A DNA stretch of 64,000 nucleotides from Mytilus californianus. Its lineage: Eukaryota. The notes below the pieces were generated by a model. It saw only the letters and a list, made by a program, of their open reading frames with translations. It searched no databases and was not told the DNA's origin. Every line of letters begins with the position of its first letter. Position 1 is the stretch's first letter. The position numbers and the translations under genes were made by a program. Shown here one piece after another: positions 1 to 11,772 of this stretch. The DNA lies in contig NW_026262729.1 of assembly GCF_021869535.1 (NCBI RefSeq), forward strand, positions 62,001-126,000. Reading direction: 5' to 3'.

Positions 1-473
1 TATTATTTGTTTCCGTGCATTTAAGTATGAGATTGATACACCCACGATACATTCGTTACAGTACATGTATCAAAAACTTAATCTTTTTAACTTGTTAGTT
101 GCTATGCATATGTGTATGCCGTCTGTTTAAGCACGAATTATTCTTGATTTTCTGAAATCATGCCATACATTACATAAAATCATATAATAGACACTATTTT
201 CTCACACAGTACACTAATTCTTAAGATAATAAATATACGTGTATCTTGTACGTGTAAATAAACACATTGTTATAAATGCCTGTTGTGTGCATATTGTGCA
301 AACAACGAGATAGCATCTGTTGTTAATTCACCCTCCATTCCCCCTATATCAATTACCCACGCTATAGATAGAACTGTGTTTCTGACAGTCGCTCAATTGA
401 CGAAGTAATTAAATGAAAACAGGAATTAATTCATTAACTTTCTGAAGTGTGAATCTAGTTAATTTACTTAAGC

Positions 474-566
474 ATGACTGCTGATTTTGAATTCAAAGAC
501 ACGGAGAAGACACCAATGGCGCCAACTGTTTCCATAGAGCAGATCACCATAGTTCGACCGATAAAG
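474..566 (+). CDS. TMEM47: TMEM47-like coding exon 1
   Basis: ATG at 474, 31 open codons, donor AAG|GTAAGA, phase 0. Not in the ORF track. Confidence 0.85.
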
Positions 567-3500
567 GTAAGAATTATCTCGTTTAGTTTTATTAAGCAGG
601 AATAGTTTAGTTTTATTAAGCAGGAATAAGATGTTGTTTTAACAGAGATAGAAAAAAAATATTTTGCTAAGTTCTTTTCCATCTACATACTGGCACATCT
701 TTTGTAATGTCAGTGACCACCTGTTAAACGCTGATTTCTTTTCTTATTTCAAAACATATCGAGAATGAAACAGTTGGTATTAATGGCAGATCTTCGATAG
801 TCACTGTTAAATTATTAACATTTCTATTCTCAGAAAGATTTAGGGAACGACCATTTAAATTCAAGGGGTTATGGTTTTTTCCTAAACAATATTCTGATCC
901 CCAATTTGATGAAAAAAATATTGTGGTCAAGCAGATGACAAAAAAAATTATTCTGAATCCAGATTTTCCCCATACCTTATAGTGTTAAATTTTTTAAAAA
1001 GTAATTTGATTAATAGCGTCGAAAAACTAAAAAAAAAATCTAACTCAGACAAAATACCATAACCCCCCTTGAAGTAAAATAGTTGCTCTCTTAGAAATCA
1101 AAAAATTTGTATAGATACTTGTCTGTTGTTGCAGACACTGTATGTTGACCTCTGGGTGTCTTTTGGGTTTGTGTCGTTAAGTCAATGACTTATTTGGCAT
1201 ATTCCGCCCATTTATTTATACAAAAAGAGAAAGAATTACCAAATTGTGATTTTAAGTTATGGATTTACTCCTTGTATCTTCAGATCTTCAGTCTTCTTGT
1301 TCTGGTAACATTTTTCAAACATCCCTGTAAGAAATTTGGTCTGTTATTTTACAGTTTTGCCGACTTTTTAACGTGAATTGCTGAATATCATATTGTATGT
1401 ATTTTTTACATTCTCCTTTGTGTTAAAAATAGGAAAAAATATTGCATGTGCTTCAAAACAAATATGAAACGAGAAGATAATGTAACAGTTACGGAATAAC
1501 ACGTGTATATATTTGCCCATCATTAGGTAATCTTTATCATCACTTTAATAAATTTCATACAACGATCAACACATGAAAGTATCATCTAAGTGTGCTTGTG
1601 TTTGATTTGGATATATTCCAGAGTCTGCAGGAGTAATTAACTACAAAGTAATTCCTGTCATTTATTATTATAATTCATTGTCGGTTTATCCATAAATTTT
1701 TCTGTATTTTGATAAGTATATTGTTATTTTTTTATGTAAATAATATGGAAGACCGTTAACGCATGCATGGTTTTAGCCAGAAATTCCCAAAATACAAAAC
1801 ATATGGCAGAGATACATGTAAATGGTTATTTAAGACGATTTAGATATGTGAGGGTACCGTATCACAGACACTCTTAATATTGTTTTTCATATATACCTTC
1901 ATATAACAAAGGTATAGAAGAGAGAAAAATTCAGAGAAAAGTGCCTGTGTACCCTATGTGGAACAGAAAATCTTCGGGTCTTTGGCATGATATGCGATTT
2001 CGTGTGTGTTTGTGCGTTTTGTTTATCATATTTATATATGTTTATTTTAAAATCTTAAATCTGTGTGTTCTGCTATGTTTTAGGATTTATATTCCTTTTA
2101 TTTACCTTGTCTGTTTTTCGCTTAGTTCTGTTCGTTCTTTCAATTTTCGTATGCTTTAACTTATCTTCTAATGTAAAGGTCAGTATCTCCTCTACTTTGT
2201 ATGTTGAGGTTTATTTTGGTCATTCGAAAAATGTCTTTAACTGCTGACATTAATAAATCCATCAATGAAAGTTACCGCAATGAAAATGTACCAATGTACA
2301 GAAAATGAACATCAGTCTCTTCCACAATTTAAGGAGAGATATATAACAACGGCGGTATAAAAAGATAATACTCTACGCGTGGAATTGAAAGGCCCATGTC
2401 GTTTCTTCATTATTGATGGTCAGCTACTGAAAACCAGGTTTTGATATTTAACCATCAACATGATAAAATTGAGCTTTAATTCCTTAACTAAACGGTCTAC
2501 ACAACTGAAACACAAACGCTAAAGTTGGTCGGATTTTTAACAAGGACAAAAAAGATCCTTTAAAACTTCCTTAGAGTAATTATGATTTGTTGAAAGTTAG
2601 GTTTCTATAAATTTCATTTTATATTTGAGGTACTAAGTATGCTTAATTGGTTGCCCTGAGTTTATTTATGAACTGTCATCAAATTGGATCTTCAGTCTAA
2701 TCTTCATCAGATGTTTGGCCGAAAGATTTGTAATACAGAGGTTTCTTTAAACTGTGTTTTATATTTCAGGTAGTTGTTTTTTTGTGTGCAGTCGTGGATT
2801 TACTTATAAACTGTCTGTAAACTTGAAATTCAGTCTAATTTCAATTAGTTATTTCGCCGAAGGATTTTTACAACTGAGGTTTCTATAAACTTTGATTTAC
2901 ATTTCAGGTAGTTGCCCTTTTATGTGCAGTCATGGGTTTATTTATGAACTGTCTGTCAGTAGGATCTACGTCCTGGTTTCAAACAGATTTTGGAAGAGAC
3001 GGGTTGTGGCAGACATGTGTATTTATTGAGGAAGATGCAATAGAGTGTCGGACTGTTAAAACCTCAGGTATTTTCGTCGAGATTAAAGAAATTTTTAGCC
3101 ATTTTTACAAGTTTTAACATCCAATATATTGTGTAGTAAGAATAACTTGTTGTCAATGGAGAAATACAGATTGTATTGTAGAAAGTATTAATATGTTTCA
3201 TAAAGGTTATTTCTCTTATTTCAATATATCCAAAGTGTTGGCGCTTTGTTATCTATTGCTTGTCGGTTTCACAGACAGACATGAGTATAAATCTTGATAG
3301 TCATATTCAAAAGGAATCCAACAGGTTATTTTTTTTACAACGGCATTGACTATATTTACTATATATGTTACTTTTCGCTAAGTCTCTGGTATACGTTTTA
3401 ATGAAAGCGTTGTACTGCTAGATGAATTTTGTGTGAAAGGGGTGGTTTTCCTAAGAGAATCGCATCATATTGAAATCGATAAACTATATGACCGACATAG

Positions 3501-6500
3501 TTTCATATATAAAAGATTTGTTTGTAAGTAAGTATGTTTATACATAACCGTTAGACTTGGGGAGACTGCAATCAACATAGCAGAACAACTGTTGTAAAGT
3601 ATTAACCAAAACTATCAACAGTTTCAATACCAGACGGATAACAATCTCAATACTCCTGATACTTGTACCTGAAGTGCAAACTAAAATGCTTATATACTGC
3701 TTTGATAAATAATTGAAATTTCAGATAAAATGTGCTAATAAAAATTCCAACATGTTCCTTTTGTACTACCAAGTCTAGAGCCAGCTTTTTAAGAGCTGCA
3801 TCTATACAAAATTGTATTTAAATTTGTTTGATACAATATAATATGACCTTCTTAAATTTGTATTGAATACATTTTTTTTCAAATAAGTGGGATTTTTTTT
3901 TATAGTTTTTTTTTAGAATTCCAAGCCTGTTGTGTTGACTTTTTCTTGAAATGTAACGTCTGGTATCAATAAAGATTGCGACTTAAATCAACAAAATATA
4001 AAATAAAACAACTCAGCACAAAGTACTTAAATGAAACAAAATTTTAACAAAAAAATCATAGTCATTTTTTTTTCAATTACAGCGCACAACAACTTCTTGA
4101 AATGAAAATAAAATTGATCTAAATTAAATACTAACAAAGAAGAGACAATGCTAACAGAACAAAAAAATTAAAGTAGAAGAAAATAGTTCACAAAATTATT
4201 TCAACAATACAATTTTTTAAGGTAATTTAATACATATTTATCCAAATATTATTGCCACTTTGACGCTTTTCAATTTTTTTCTTTAACTCTGGATATATTT
4301 TGCAATATATTTTTCAGATTGGTTAGAAGCTTCGCGTGTTTTATTTGTGATTGGGATGGTGATATGCTTCCTGTCTATATTTTTAACATCTTTTGGACTA
4401 ACTACAGATTTATTTCATCGAAAAGAGAAATATTACATCGCTGGTATGACATTTATGGTACTTGCAGGTAGGCTTTATGTTACAATCACTCGGTATGACA
4501 TGTATGGTTCTTGCAGGTAGGCTTTATGTTACAATTACTCGGAATGATATGTATGGTTCTTGCAGGTAGGCTTTATGTTACAATTAATCAGTATGACATG
4601 TATGGTTCTTACAGGTAGGCGTAATGTGACAATTACTCGGTATGACATGTATGGTTCTTACAGGTAGGCTTTATGATACAATTACTCGGGATGACATGTA
4701 TGGTTCTTGCAGGTAGGCGGTATGTTACAATTACTCGGTATGACATGTATGGTTCTTACAGGTAGGCTTTATGTTACAATTACTCGGTATGACGTGTATG
4801 GTTCTTACGGGATGCGTTATGTTACAATTACTCGGTATGACATGTATGGTTCTTGCAGGTAGGCTTTATGTTGCAATTACTCGGTATGACATGTATGGTT
4901 CTTACAGGTAGGCTTTATGTTACAATTACTCGGTATGACGTGTATGGTTCTTACGGGATGCGTTATTTATCAATTACTCGGTATGACATGTATGGTTCTT
5001 GCAGGTAGGCTTTATGTTACAATTACTCGGTATGACATGTATGGTTCTTACAGGTAGGCTTTATGTTACAATTACTCTGTATGACGTGTATGGTTCTTAC
5101 GGGATGCGTTATTTATCAATTACTCGGTATGACATGTATGGTTCTTGCAGGTAGGCTTTATGTTACAATTACTCGGTATGACATGTATGGTTCTTACAGG
5201 TAGGCGTTATGTGACAATTACTCGGTATGACATGTATGGTTCTTACAGGTAGGCTTTATGATACAATTACTCGGAATGATATGTATGGTTCTTGCAGGTA
5301 GGCGTTATGTTACAATTATTCGGTATGACATGTATGGTTCTTACAGTTAGGCTTTATGTTACAATTACCCGGTATGACATGTATGGTTCTTGCAGGTAGG
5401 CTTAATGTTACAATTACTCGGTATGACATGGATGTTACTTGCAGGTAGGCTTTATGTTACAATTACTCGGTATGACATGGATGTTACTTGCAGGTAGGCT
5501 TTATGCTACAATTATTCGGTATGACATGTATGGTTCTTACAGGTAGGCTTTATGTTACAATTACTCGGTATGACATGTATGGTTCTTACAGGTAGGCTTT
5601 ATGTTACAATTACTCGGAATGACATGTATGGTTCTTGCAGGTAGGCTTTATGTTATGATTACTCAGTATGACATGTATGGTTCTAACTGGTAGGCTTTAT
5701 GTTACAATTACTTGGTATGACATGTATGGTTCTAACTGGTAGGCTTTATGTTACAATTACTTGGTATGACATGTATGGTTCTAACTGGTAGGCTTTATGT
5801 GACAATTACTCCGTATGGCATGTATGGTTCTTGCAGGAATTCATTATGTTACAATTAAACGATGAAATGCACGAAGTATCATTTGTAAAAAATGTTCTTT
5901 GACTCTTCCATTTTATAATAATTATGCTGTTATTGTGAAATCATTAAGTATAGAGTTTCTCTTGGTTTTTGGACTCCCCCAGATGTCAATACATGTCTTT
6001 TTCAATTGTCTTGTAAGAAACAGTTTATTGGCGACAGACTTTTTTGTAGTCTCTGTTGTATTTTTATCACAGCTATTCTAGACTCGGGACTATTTAGAGT
6101 TAGTTACATGGTGTAGACACTTGACAACAATTGACGAACGTATCTTGACCTCTAGATTTTTTTTTTCGTGTTGTTGGGTTTCTGTCTCATTGACGCATTT
6201 CATCATCTCTTTTTATTTATATGGTAGACGCCATTTTATTTCTATAAACATGATACATGGCTATTATCGAGGAAGTTATGTCGGATTCGTTTGAGCCTAC
6301 TTTAAATTTTTAACGCACATTGTATACTGACTTGAGAAATTTAACTCGATATAGAATAATATTAACCAAAGAAATTGACAACGAAAACTTTAAAGAAATC
6401 GAAACTTACCATTTAAAATTGTTTATACTTGAAAGAAAGCTTAGCCTAGTAACATGATATTATGCAGATTTAAATTTTATTTCAGCTATATCAGAAATGA

Positions 6501-6721
6501 TTTGTTTAATTATACATCCAGTCAAATATAACGAGGAATTGGAAAAGGCAGGTATACACCTTTCCTGGGGTATGGGCTGGTCATATGGACTAGGATGGAT
6601 AGCTGCTATATTAATGACTGTTGGTGCTGTTATCCTGTACATCGACAAAAATGCAGATGAATTGATTTATCGTGAGAAAACATCTTATAATGATTCAATA
6701 GAAGAAGCGTACGACCCTTGA
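474..6721 (+). CDS. TMEM47: TMEM47/VAB-9-like tetraspan membrane protein (PMP22/EMP/claudin superfamily), 4 coding exons, 212 aa
   Basis: Exons 474-566, 2908-3067, 4318-4467 and 6486-6721 all have GT-AG boundaries, matching phases (0,1,1) and sum to 639 nt. The product begins MTADFEFKDTEKTPMAPTVSIEQITIVRPIKVVALLCAVMG and contains W..GLWQTC..C and GWSYGLGW claudin-family motifs with four hydrophobic segments. The N-terminal 'ITIVRPIKVVALLC' resembles invertebrate TMEM47 (from recall). Confidence 0.88.
840..1093. mobile_element. MITE (non-autonomous DNA transposon) in TMEM47 intron 1
   Basis: Imperfect terminal inverted repeats: TAGGGAACGACCATTTAAATTCAAGGGGTTATGGT at the left and ACCATAACCCCCCTTGAAGTAAAATAGTTGCTCTCTTA at the right. 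About 250 bp, non-coding, TA-flanked. Confidence 0.65.
2599..3020 (+). repeat. Degenerate tandem triplication (about 139 bp) of the TMEM47 intron-1/exon-2 acceptor region
   Basis: AGGTTTCT(A/T)TAAA starts at 2599, 2739 and 2877. Each is followed by ATTT(C/G)AG|GTA and exon-2-like sequence such as TTTATTTATGAACTGTC. Confidence 0.8.
2908..3067 (+). CDS. TMEM47: TMEM47-like coding exon 2 (TM1 and GLW loop)
   Basis: Acceptor ATTTCAG|, encodes VVALLCAVMG...GLWQTCVF...ECRTVKTS, donor CAG|GTATTT. Confidence 0.9.
4318..4467 (+). CDS. TMEM47: TMEM47-like coding exon 3
   Basis: Acceptor TTTTCAG|, encodes DWLEASRVLFVIGMVICFLSIFL...MVLA, donor CAG|GTAGGC, 150 nt, phase 1-1. Confidence 0.9.
4443..5862 (+). 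repeat. 49-bp minisatellite, about 29 units, each equal to the last 25 nt of TMEM47 exon 3 plus the first 24 nt of intron 3
   Basis: Unit GGTATGACATGTATGGTTCTTGCAG|GTAGGCTTTATGTTACAATTACTC. The first copy is the coding exon end (donor after 4467) and the last junction-equivalent is at 5836. Confidence 0.97.
6486..6721 (+). CDS. TMEM47: TMEM47-like coding exon 4 (last)
   Basis: Acceptor TTTCAG|, encodes AISEMICLIIHPVKY...GWSYGLGW...EEAYDP*, and matches ORF 6497-6721. Confidence 0.9.
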
Positions 6722-7286
6722 ATCCTCTGATAGACTGGTTAAAGTTATTGATACTGGTAATTGTTATGATCTCTGCTTTATCATGTCTTAATAATTGCAA
6801 TATATTTACTGTAGATATACCTTCGAAAAATTGTAAAGCATTTTAGATCAGCATACGAACAATCTGATTTTATTTAGTGTTACAATTCCTGCACTTAAAT
6901 ACTTACAAATGTTCTGTGTAAATTTTAAACATATGAAAGTTGTTGAAAAACACGAATTTACGTTCGAAACAAACTCTATGAAACTACGATATGTTTAAAA
7001 GATAAAACTCTATTTTGTGCAAAGAGTATTGTCTATTGAACGGATGATTTGTATACTTGAAATGCTGTGTTCAATTATCTTTATGTGTAAGAGGAAATAC
7101 TTCTGATTTTCAACCTCTTTGTAAAAATCGTTTTGAAAGTTAAGCATTTTAATTTGTGATACTGCACATGTACATGTTGCTAACTGATGATGTATTACGT
7201 ATGCATTTGAGTGTCTGCAAGTTTTTTTTCACGAAATATGTTTTCGATAAACGTTTTACTTTAAACAGTATTTATTATTGAAAAAC

Positions 7287-7292
7287 AATAAA
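7287..7292 (+). promoter_or_regulatory. Candidate polyadenylation signal of the TMEM47-like gene
   Basis: AATAAA about 570 nt after the stop and just upstream of the HINE insertion. Position only, no transcript evidence. Confidence 0.35.
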
Positions 7293-7492
7293 GTAGTACA
7301 ATTTTACACAGCAGTCAAATATGCATGGGTTTCGGAAACAAGTTTGGAAAAACTTTTATAAATCCGTCTCCCGAAACGTTTTACACAAATGGCTATTTGG
7401 TTCTGAAGAAAAAAAAGACATATCACAACGACCTTTTTATTATACGACCGCAAAAATTGAAAATTTTTTGGTCGTATATTGGTATGACGTTG

Positions 7493-7530
<38 letters not shown>

Positions 7531-8140
7531 CGGCGTCGTCCGAAGACACATTGGTTTTCGCACTCTAACTTTAGTTTAAGTGAATGGATCTCTATGAAAT
7601 TTTACCATAAGGTTCAATACCACAAAAGGAAGGTTGGCATTGATTTTGGGGGTTATGGTACCAACAGTTAAGGAATTAGGGGCCAAAAAGGGGCCAAAAA
7701 TAAGCATTTTTGTAACTTCCAGACATAACTTGTGTGTTAGTATATGGATCTCTCTGACATTGTACCACAAGGTTCCATATCACACAGGGAATGCTGGGAT
7801 TAATTTTGGGGGTAATTGCCTCAAAATATTAGGAATAGGGGCCAAAAAAGGGACAACTTTCTAGTTTCCAGACAATAACTTGTGTTCAAGTGTATGGATC
7901 TCTCTGAAATTGTACTGCAAGGTACCATACCACAAAGGGAAAGCTGGGATTGAGTTTGGGGGTGATGAATCATAAGGGGGTTCAAAAAATTTGGGGGGGG
8001 ATTTTTTTTTTTTTCCTTTTTTTTTTCTTTTAAAATTTTCCATTTTAAGTTGGTTATTTCTGTTTTATATTTAAAAGCAAATAATAACGATATGGTAGGA
8101 GATACACACCAAACAGGATGTGTAAATTATTATAAAATAA

Positions 8141-8365
8141 GTATTGTGCAATAGCAAGAAATTTTCAATTGCACAGTATTGCACAATAGCAAGAAATCTT
8201 CAATTGCACAGTATTGCGCAATAGCAAGAAATCTTCAATTGCACAGTATTGTGCAATAGCAAGAAATATCCAATAGCACAATATTGCGCAATAGCAAGAA
8301 ATTGTCAATTGTACAGTATTGCGCAATAGCAAGAAATATTCAATTGCACAGTATTGTACAAAAGA
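8141..8365 (+). repeat. 35-bp tandem array (about 6.5 units) inside the HINE
   Basis: GTATTG(T/C)GCAATAGCAAGAAAT..TCAATTGCACA recurs at 8141, 8176, 8211, 8246, 8281, 8316 and 8351. Confidence 0.9.
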
Positions 8366-8414
8366 AGATACTTCGTATAAATTGCTTATTTCTTGACCAA
8401 TTTCAATGGGGTTT

Positions 8415-9030
8415 TATTCTTGAATTCTTGGGGTTCTTTAATATGCTGATTCTAACCGTGTATTAAGTTTTTGGATTTTGGGCCCCGTTTTTAAATTGGT
8501 CCACATTGAGGTCCAAAGGGTCCAAAATTAAACTTTGTTTGATTTCATCAAAAATTGAATTATTGGGGTTCTTTGATATGCCGAATCTAATTGTGTATTT
8601 AGATTCTTAATTTTTGGTTCTGTTTTCAAATTGGTCTACATTAAGGTCCAAAGGGTCCAAAATTAAACTTAGTTTGATTTTAACAAAAATTGAATTCTTA
8701 GGATTCTTTGATATGCTGAATCTAAACATGTATTTAGATTTTTGATTATGGGCCCAGTTTTCAAGTTGGTCCAAATCGGGGTCCAAAATTAAACTTTGTT
8801 TGATTTCAAAAAAAATTGAATATATGGGGTTCTTTGATATGCTGAATCTAACCATGTATTTAGATTTTTGATTTTTGGGCCCCATTATCATCTTAGTCCA
8901 CATTGAGGTCAAAAGGGTCCAAAATTAAACTTTGTTTGATTTCATCAAAAATTGAATTCTTGGGGTTCTTTGATATGCTGAATCTAACCATGTATTTAGA
9001 TTTTGGATATTGGACCATAATAGTTGAATG
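8415..9030 (+). repeat. About 135-bp tandem array (about 4.5 units) inside the HINE
   Basis: GGGGTTCTTT(G/A)ATATGC recurs at about 8430, 8565, 8700, 8826 and 8962. Confidence 0.85.
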
Positions 9031-9515
9031 TCCAATTTAAAATTTTTAAGTTCTTAGACCACATTCATTCTGTGTCAGAAACCTATGCTGTGTCAAATAT
9101 TTAATCACACTCCAAATTCAGAGCTGTATCAAGCTTGAATGTTGTGTCCATACTTGCCCCAACTGTTCAGGGTTCGACCTCTGCGGTCGTATCAAGCTGC
9201 GCCCTGCGGAGCATTTTATTTGTATTGTTTTACAGTCTTTCATTTTTTTAAGAAATATATTAATGTTATCGCGGTTACTGTGAATTAATTTAATTACCGT
9301 GGATACAAATTACAGTTGATTGAAATCGTCATTGGTAGTAATTTTTGTCAACGTATATGTGTTCTGTCTGACAGAATTACTTCTGGAAACTTTGTTATAT
9401 GTTATAAACAATGTTTTAATGTCTGTTCCTATGGAAATAATACTCTGTACCCTTTATTCCGTTAGGAACAAATACTGCTATATTTTTTCCTGGCGAGAAC
9501 ATTTCTACCATTTAG

Positions 9516-9619
9516 AACTTTTATTAAGGAACTTCTATTCCATGACAACTTTTATTAAGGAACTTTTATTCCATGACAACTTTTATTAAGGAACTTCTAT
9601 TCTATGACAACTTTTATTA
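9516..9619 (+). repeat. 31-bp minisatellite, about 3.3 units
   Basis: AACTTTTATTAAGGAACTT(C/T)TATTCCATGAC starts at 9516, 9547, 9578 and 9609. Confidence 0.9.
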
Positions 9620-10346
9620 TTATTCATTCCTATTCACAATAGCAGAGATAATTTAAAAATATATTTTTTTCTTTGCAATCTTTTATAAGTGCAATTCGAA
9701 GCGTATCTCTGGAATTATCTCTTGTTCGTGTGAAGAAAACGTCAATAAGACAGCAACCCATCTTGAACGCAAATAATAAAAACTGAAGAAGAACAACGCA
9801 TGAATAAAATATATGGGGAGGTTTTTTATTAAGTGGACATCATAGCAACATTCATGTCATAAAGTTTCTAACCGAATTAAATCATGTATCAATAAAGCAT
9901 AGCACAGCGATTCTGGCTTACGTGAACCATTTGAATCTCGTTACAGTTATATGTGATATGTTGATTTTCTTGTCGGTTGAAATATGTCATTCCATTAGTA
10001 TGCATTATTTGTCTTAATTTGAGTGAATCCTTGTATTTTCCGACGTTCCATCCAATCTACACCTTACAATTGAGGAGTTTGAGTATATCTGTAATACGAT
10101 TATTGTTCCTTTAATGCATTTGTTTGTTTTGTCGATTTTTTATCCATTTGTTACATTTATATTTTTATATAAACACATTTGTATATAATGTTGTTGAAAT
10201 ATACAAAATAATAAATTCCTACCAAATTATTTGTTCAATTTTAATTATTTTTTATGGAGGATCATACACGCACGACGATGCAAATTATGTAGAATTTAAT
10301 TCTTAAAAAATCCATAAACACAAGAGAAAAAACAGAAACTGTATCA

Positions 10347-10620
10347 TTGATTGATTGATTGATTGATTGATTGATATTTAACGCCACTTTCAGAACTATT
10401 TTGCTATTTCGTGGCGGTCAGTTTTTATTGGCGGAGGAAGTCGTAGTAACTGTAGAGAACCACCGACCTTCGGTAAAAAACTGACAATCCTATTCAATCA
10501 AGATTAGAGTCTAGCTCACCTGCCACGTGCGGGATTCGAACTCACAACCTCAGTGTTGATAGGCTAGTGATACAGTAGTTCGACTACTTTTATTTTAGCC
10601 ACACGGCCACCGAGGCCCCT
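10347..10620 (-). mobile_element. Full-length tRNA-derived SINE with 14-bp target-site duplication
   Basis: The minus strand starts GGGGCCTCGGTGGCCGTGTGGCTAA (A box), contains GTTCGAATCCC (B box) and ends in an (AATC)n tail. TSD CAGAAACTGTATCA is at 10333-10346 and 10621-10634. Confidence 0.88.
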
Positions 10621-11112
10621 CAGAAACTGTATCAGAAACAGAGAATATACTTTGATACGTGTGAACTGAATCTATGAAAAGAATAAAAGAATCATATTCT
10701 ACTCTTATGCTAATCAGATTATAAAAAACGGATTCTAGGAGATTCTACATGGAGAATACAAAATTGGTAGATATGGTATTATTGTCAATGAGATTTTTTG
10801 TTTTGTTTGCCGTATATTTTTTTTGGCCTTATGACATCAGTCTGTATAAATATGAGAACTAACGATGAATAATTGTACTTCATCACAAATCATCGCAAAC
10901 CAGATAAATGAAATGTTGTAAAAGGTTTGAAAGGAATGAACAATACACTAATGTTGACAGTGATACATTTTGCTTTCTAATTCAGCCAGGTTGAAGTATA
11001 ACGAGTGTACCCATAAGTTGAAAAACATGCGGCAATATGCCACAAAATATGAGACATGTATAATGAATATTTCATCCAAATAATCATACGGGGTGTTAAA
11101 AACATTAGGGGG

Positions 11113-11437
11113 AGGGTTGAGCGCTCATACACATGTTTAACTGGGCATATTATTTAGGTACATGTCTCAAGTCAGGAGCCTGTAGTACATTGGTTGTCGT
11201 TGGTGTTTGATTTCCGTAAATTGTTTTGTTATAAATTAGTCCATTAGTTTTCTCATTCGAATTGTTTTTCACATTTTTCATGTCGGGGGTCGGAGTCTAT
11301 TATAGCCGACTATACGGTATAAGTGTTTACATTTTTGAAAGCCGTATGGTGGTCTATAATTGCTTACTACCACTTCATTTTAACTCTGGTGGATAGTTGT
11401 CTCATTGGCAATCATACCAAATCTTCTCATTTTTATA
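11113..11437 (-). repeat. Abundant interspersed repeat, family A (GGAGATGTGGTATGATTGCCAATGAGACAAC motif)
   Basis: The same motif recurs at about 19660, 20512, 20727, 21733, 31000, 35918, 45655, 51905, 52185 and 61340. Confidence 0.75.
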
Positions 11438-11772
11438 TTAAGTAATGACAGCAATTGTCAGAGAGATCCATATTCTTGTAAGTAAGAGTGTAGCTCTAGT
11501 CAAACAAAAAGTCCGAACAAGAATCACAGACAAAAACTACATGGAAGATTAAAATCGTTTTTTTTTTTAATCTAGGCATGTGCACTGAATGTTGCGATTT
11601 TTTACGTCATGGGATATTTGACAAAGACAAAAAAAAACATTTTGTAACATCAATATTACTGGAAACGAGATAAAATTTAACTCGGCTTTATTGAAGTGAA
11701 TTATAGCACAAAATATATCAAGTGTATAAGAAAAACCAAAAGCAAAGAAATGAAATTTCAAGATATTAATAA

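Larger units (their letters stand above)
7434..9217 (+). mobile_element. Non-autonomous Helentron/HINE (DINE-1/pearl-like) element carrying internal satellite arrays
   Basis: Structure: T-tract, 5' subTIR ATACGACCGCA (7442-7452) with a nearby inverted partner GGTCGTATA, a (GTC)n microsatellite at about 7495-7540, internal tandem arrays, 3' subTIR TGCGGTCGTAT (9182-9192), terminal hairpin GCTGCGC-CCT-GCGGAGC, then TTTT. Confidence 0.8.

Noticed and set aside
464-682. 72-aa minus-strand ORF
   Set aside because: It is antisense to TMEM47 exon 1, and its repeated YSCLIKLN comes from a 24-bp intronic duplication.
2264-2360. Short ORF MKVTAMK...ITTA as an alternative TMEM47 first exon
   Set aside because: The donor (GCG|GTATAA) is weak, and the 474-566 exon has a consensus donor and the family-typical N-terminus.
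4443-5862. Regular repeat array as a possible CRISPR
   Set aside because: It has contiguous 49-bp units with no unique spacers, in a eukaryotic intron with no cas genes. The same applies to the 44-bp and 64-bp arrays.
7304-7671. ORFs with poly-Arg, poly-Val or poly-Ser (7304-7549, 7321-7671, 7325-7579)
   Set aside because: These are translations of the (GTC)n microsatellite at the head of the HINE element.
10540-10620. tRNA-like sequence with A and B boxes
   Set aside because: It is the head of a SINE (body, microsatellite tail and TSD present), not a tRNA gene. No full cloverleaf is evident.
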